DNA of 64,000 nt from contig CAVWXH010000003.1 of assembly GCA_963758915.1 (NCBI GenBank), positions 288,001 through 352,000 on the forward strand, given 5' to 3'. This document shows positions 62,193-64,000 of this stretch, in pieces (the stretch's first letter is position 1; each line of letters opens with the position of its first letter). The position numbers and the translations under genes were made by a program. The notes under the pieces were generated by a model, which was given only the letters and a program-made list of their open reading frames with translations, searched no databases and was not told the origin of the DNA. Origin of the DNA: an uncultured Methanomicrobiales archaeon (lineage in GTDB: Archaea > Halobacteriota > Methanomicrobia > Methanomicrobiales > Methanospirillaceae).

Positions 62193-62372
62193 ATGGAAAC
62201 CAGCGTCGCACTTAAAAAAACCGGACTCATCCTCCTTGGCATATTCATAATACTCGTCGCGGTTTTTGTCGTCCCACACTATATTTCCCACGACGTCCTG
62301 CCAGTTATCGAAGTAATTATCGTGTTTTTTGTTTTATTACTGGCATATTTCGTGGTATGGAAAGCAATGTGA
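62193..62372 (+). CDS. Small two-TM membrane protein (59 aa, below the ORF-track cutoff)
   Basis: METSVALKKTGLILLGIFIILVAVFVVPH...VIIVFFVLLLAYFVVWKAM; TATATA about 30 nt upstream. Confidence 0.6.
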   Translation: METSVALKKTGLILLGIFIILVAVFVVPHYISHDVLPVIEVIIVFFVLLLAYFVVWKAM

Positions 62373-62664
62373 GATGAGGTATGAAAGGAGATCCCGGTGA
62401 TTTCTAAAAAAGGCAGCCCTGGTAATTGGATAACATGGGTGTGCAGTAGCTCCGCTGATTTTGCTTATCGTTTTTCCGGTTCATAGCAGGTAGTCATTAC
62501 AAAAAATTCCAATGAAGAATACACGCGGGGATAGTCTGTTATTCCGGGATGATAAGATCCGGAATCTCAGGGATTTTTGCATTGTACCGGGTTTTTGGGT
62601 AGTAAACCCGGCAGCGCCGGGGATAGAAAAAGAAATAGGTACCGGGACTATCTCTCCCGGTGTT

Positions 62665-63525
62665 TTACAGTTTCTTTTTATAAGTCAGGTAAATAAGGCT
62701 CCCTGCAGCAAGGACAACAATGATGCCTATTCCCACCAGGACCCCCCCGGGGATGCCTCCTGAAGTCCCAGGTGTCACGGGTGGTGCAACCGTTGTCGTA
62801 GTCACAATTCCCGCTACACTCTCTGTGGTGGAACTTTGGGACCGGGTGGTAACCGGGGCCCGGTTTGAGACTGTCCCTGTGCCGGAGGGTACCGTTGTGG
62901 TCATGGATACCGTTGTAATTGTCGAACTTACCGGTCCGGAACTTCCACTGCTCACGGAACTGCTGCTGGCGGAAGACCCGCCGCCACCGCCTCCGCCACC
63001 GCTATACGAAACGCTGCCTGTAGTGGACTGGGCAACGGTAGTAGCCGTGGCAGTAGGCTGCGTAGTCTCCACCGTATTCCTTCCCATATCGACTCCTGCC
63101 TCCCCATCGCCGTCGAATTTCAGCTGGGTGATGAGGATACCCGTACTTCCTGTGCTGTCACCATGGATTGTAATGCTGGCTAGTTCGACACCTTGTGCAC
63201 CTGCATCGATCTGGCCTGTCAGGTCAACGGCACTCAGGGTAACTGAAGCAGATGGCTGCCCGGACGTTGAATTAAGGACGGCCCATGGCGGGTATTTGAC
63301 ACTTACAATCTTCCCAGCCGACGGATCGGCGAGGCTGACCCGGATACTATATCCGGAAAGGCCGTACGGCAGTTCATCCACGATGATCGTGGCCGTCTGG
63401 GTCGATCCCTGGGTTAAAGAGACAGCTGACGGATTTGCCGATAGTGTGTTTGCGGCATAGCCATACGGCACCATAACACAAAGCGCAAGGAAAAGGATAA
63501 TTATTGTTGTATACCTGTGATTCAT
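62665..63525 (-). CDS. Membrane-anchored cohesin-domain protein
   Basis: Signal peptide, 'LPYGLSGY...YPPWA...VTLSAVDL' domain, Gly/Ser/Thr linker, C-terminal TM + KKKL. Confidence 0.82.
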   Translation of the reverse strand: MNHRYTTIIILFLALCVMVPYGYAANTLSANPSAVSLTQGSTQTATIIVDELPYGLSGYSIRVSLADPSAGKIVSVKYPPWAVLNSTSGQPSASVTLSAVDLTGQIDAGAQGVELASITIHGDSTGSTGILITQLKFDGDGEAGVDMGRNTVETTQPTATATTVAQSTTGSVSYSGGGGGGGGSSASSSSVSSGSSGPVSSTITTVSMTTTVPSGTGTVSNRAPVTTRSQSSTTESVAGIVTTTTVAPPVTPGTSGGIPGGVLVGIGIIVVLAAGSLIYLTYKKKL

Positions 63526-63799
63526 AATTTCACCATGTAATTTACGTGTTTTGTGTGTTATATGAGTTGATCATATTTTTTTCATCCTGTAATTTGATGG
63601 TCCCGGTTCGTTCGTATGACATTGGTCAATTCCTGACTGATCTTCCAGATCGACCCAACTATTACACGGGTGGTTCCTGCCCGTTCACCCGTCCCGGAAG
63701 ATATTCCGGTTCAGGTCGGGAACGTCATCCGGATTGCGGTTTCATTCGTCGTTATAAAAACAGGAGGAGTCCTGTAAAGGATATCCCTTTCTCCTGCTT

Positions 63800-64000
63800 T
63801 TAGCCGTTCAGGACCTCCTGGTAGAGCTGGACGACATCGTCATAGTCGATGCGCCCGTTGTTATTGAAGTCATAGGGGGAAATTCCTACCGCGGCATTAT
63901 CGCGTACCCACTGCATGTTCATGTAGAAGGCTACGACATCGTCGAAATCAAGACGACCATTGCCATTGATATCTCCATAGAGCCCGTCGAAATCGGGATC
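63800..64000 (-). CDS. C-terminal dockerin-like domain of a gene starting beyond the window
   Basis: DPDFDGLYGDINGNGRLDFDDVVAFY...YDFNNNGRIDYDDVVQLYQEVLNG*: duplicated Ca-binding loop-helix. Confidence 0.85.
   Translation of the reverse strand, partial: DPDFDGLYGDINGNGRLDFDDVVAFYMNMQWVRDNAAVGISPYDFNNNGRIDYDDVVQLYQEVLNG

Noticed and set aside
1-64000. CRISPR array, tRNA or rRNA genes
   Set aside because: No regularly spaced direct repeats, cloverleaf or rRNA-like sequence seen by eye

Overview
Archaeal chromosomal window, most likely from a Methanomicrobiales methanogen (Methanoregula/Methanolinea-like). This is inferred from NreA, SepF, the REC-PAS-HisKA 'ITRHDILNQL' kinases and the PKD/PEGA/cohesin surface proteins. 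It contains: a trpEGDCFB(partial) operon with four phased TGTACA-type TRP boxes; a mercury-methylation cluster (AbrB-like hgcC, hgcA, hgcB); a bacterial-type Orn/Lys/Arg decarboxylase plus antiporter operon; four PAS histidine kinases (two frameshifted, one of these lacking the phospho-His); a P-type ATPase, ilvA, prpE, sepF, a cyclophilin, a CNNM protein and Isf; two membrane-anchored cohesin genes and a dockerin C-terminus; an IS5 remnant; and six members of a MITE family with GGCT(C/T)TGT(A/T)GAAA ends. The most unusual unexplained module is a tightly coupled six-gene operon at 21441-23696. It encodes a Cdc48/NSF-N-like barrel + amphipathic repeat + RCK_C protein, four small coiled-coil proteins (three paralogous, sharing YxD[KR][NR]x6EW), and an 8-Cys FYVE-pattern zinc finger. 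All family calls come from motif recognition by eye; no database searches were run.
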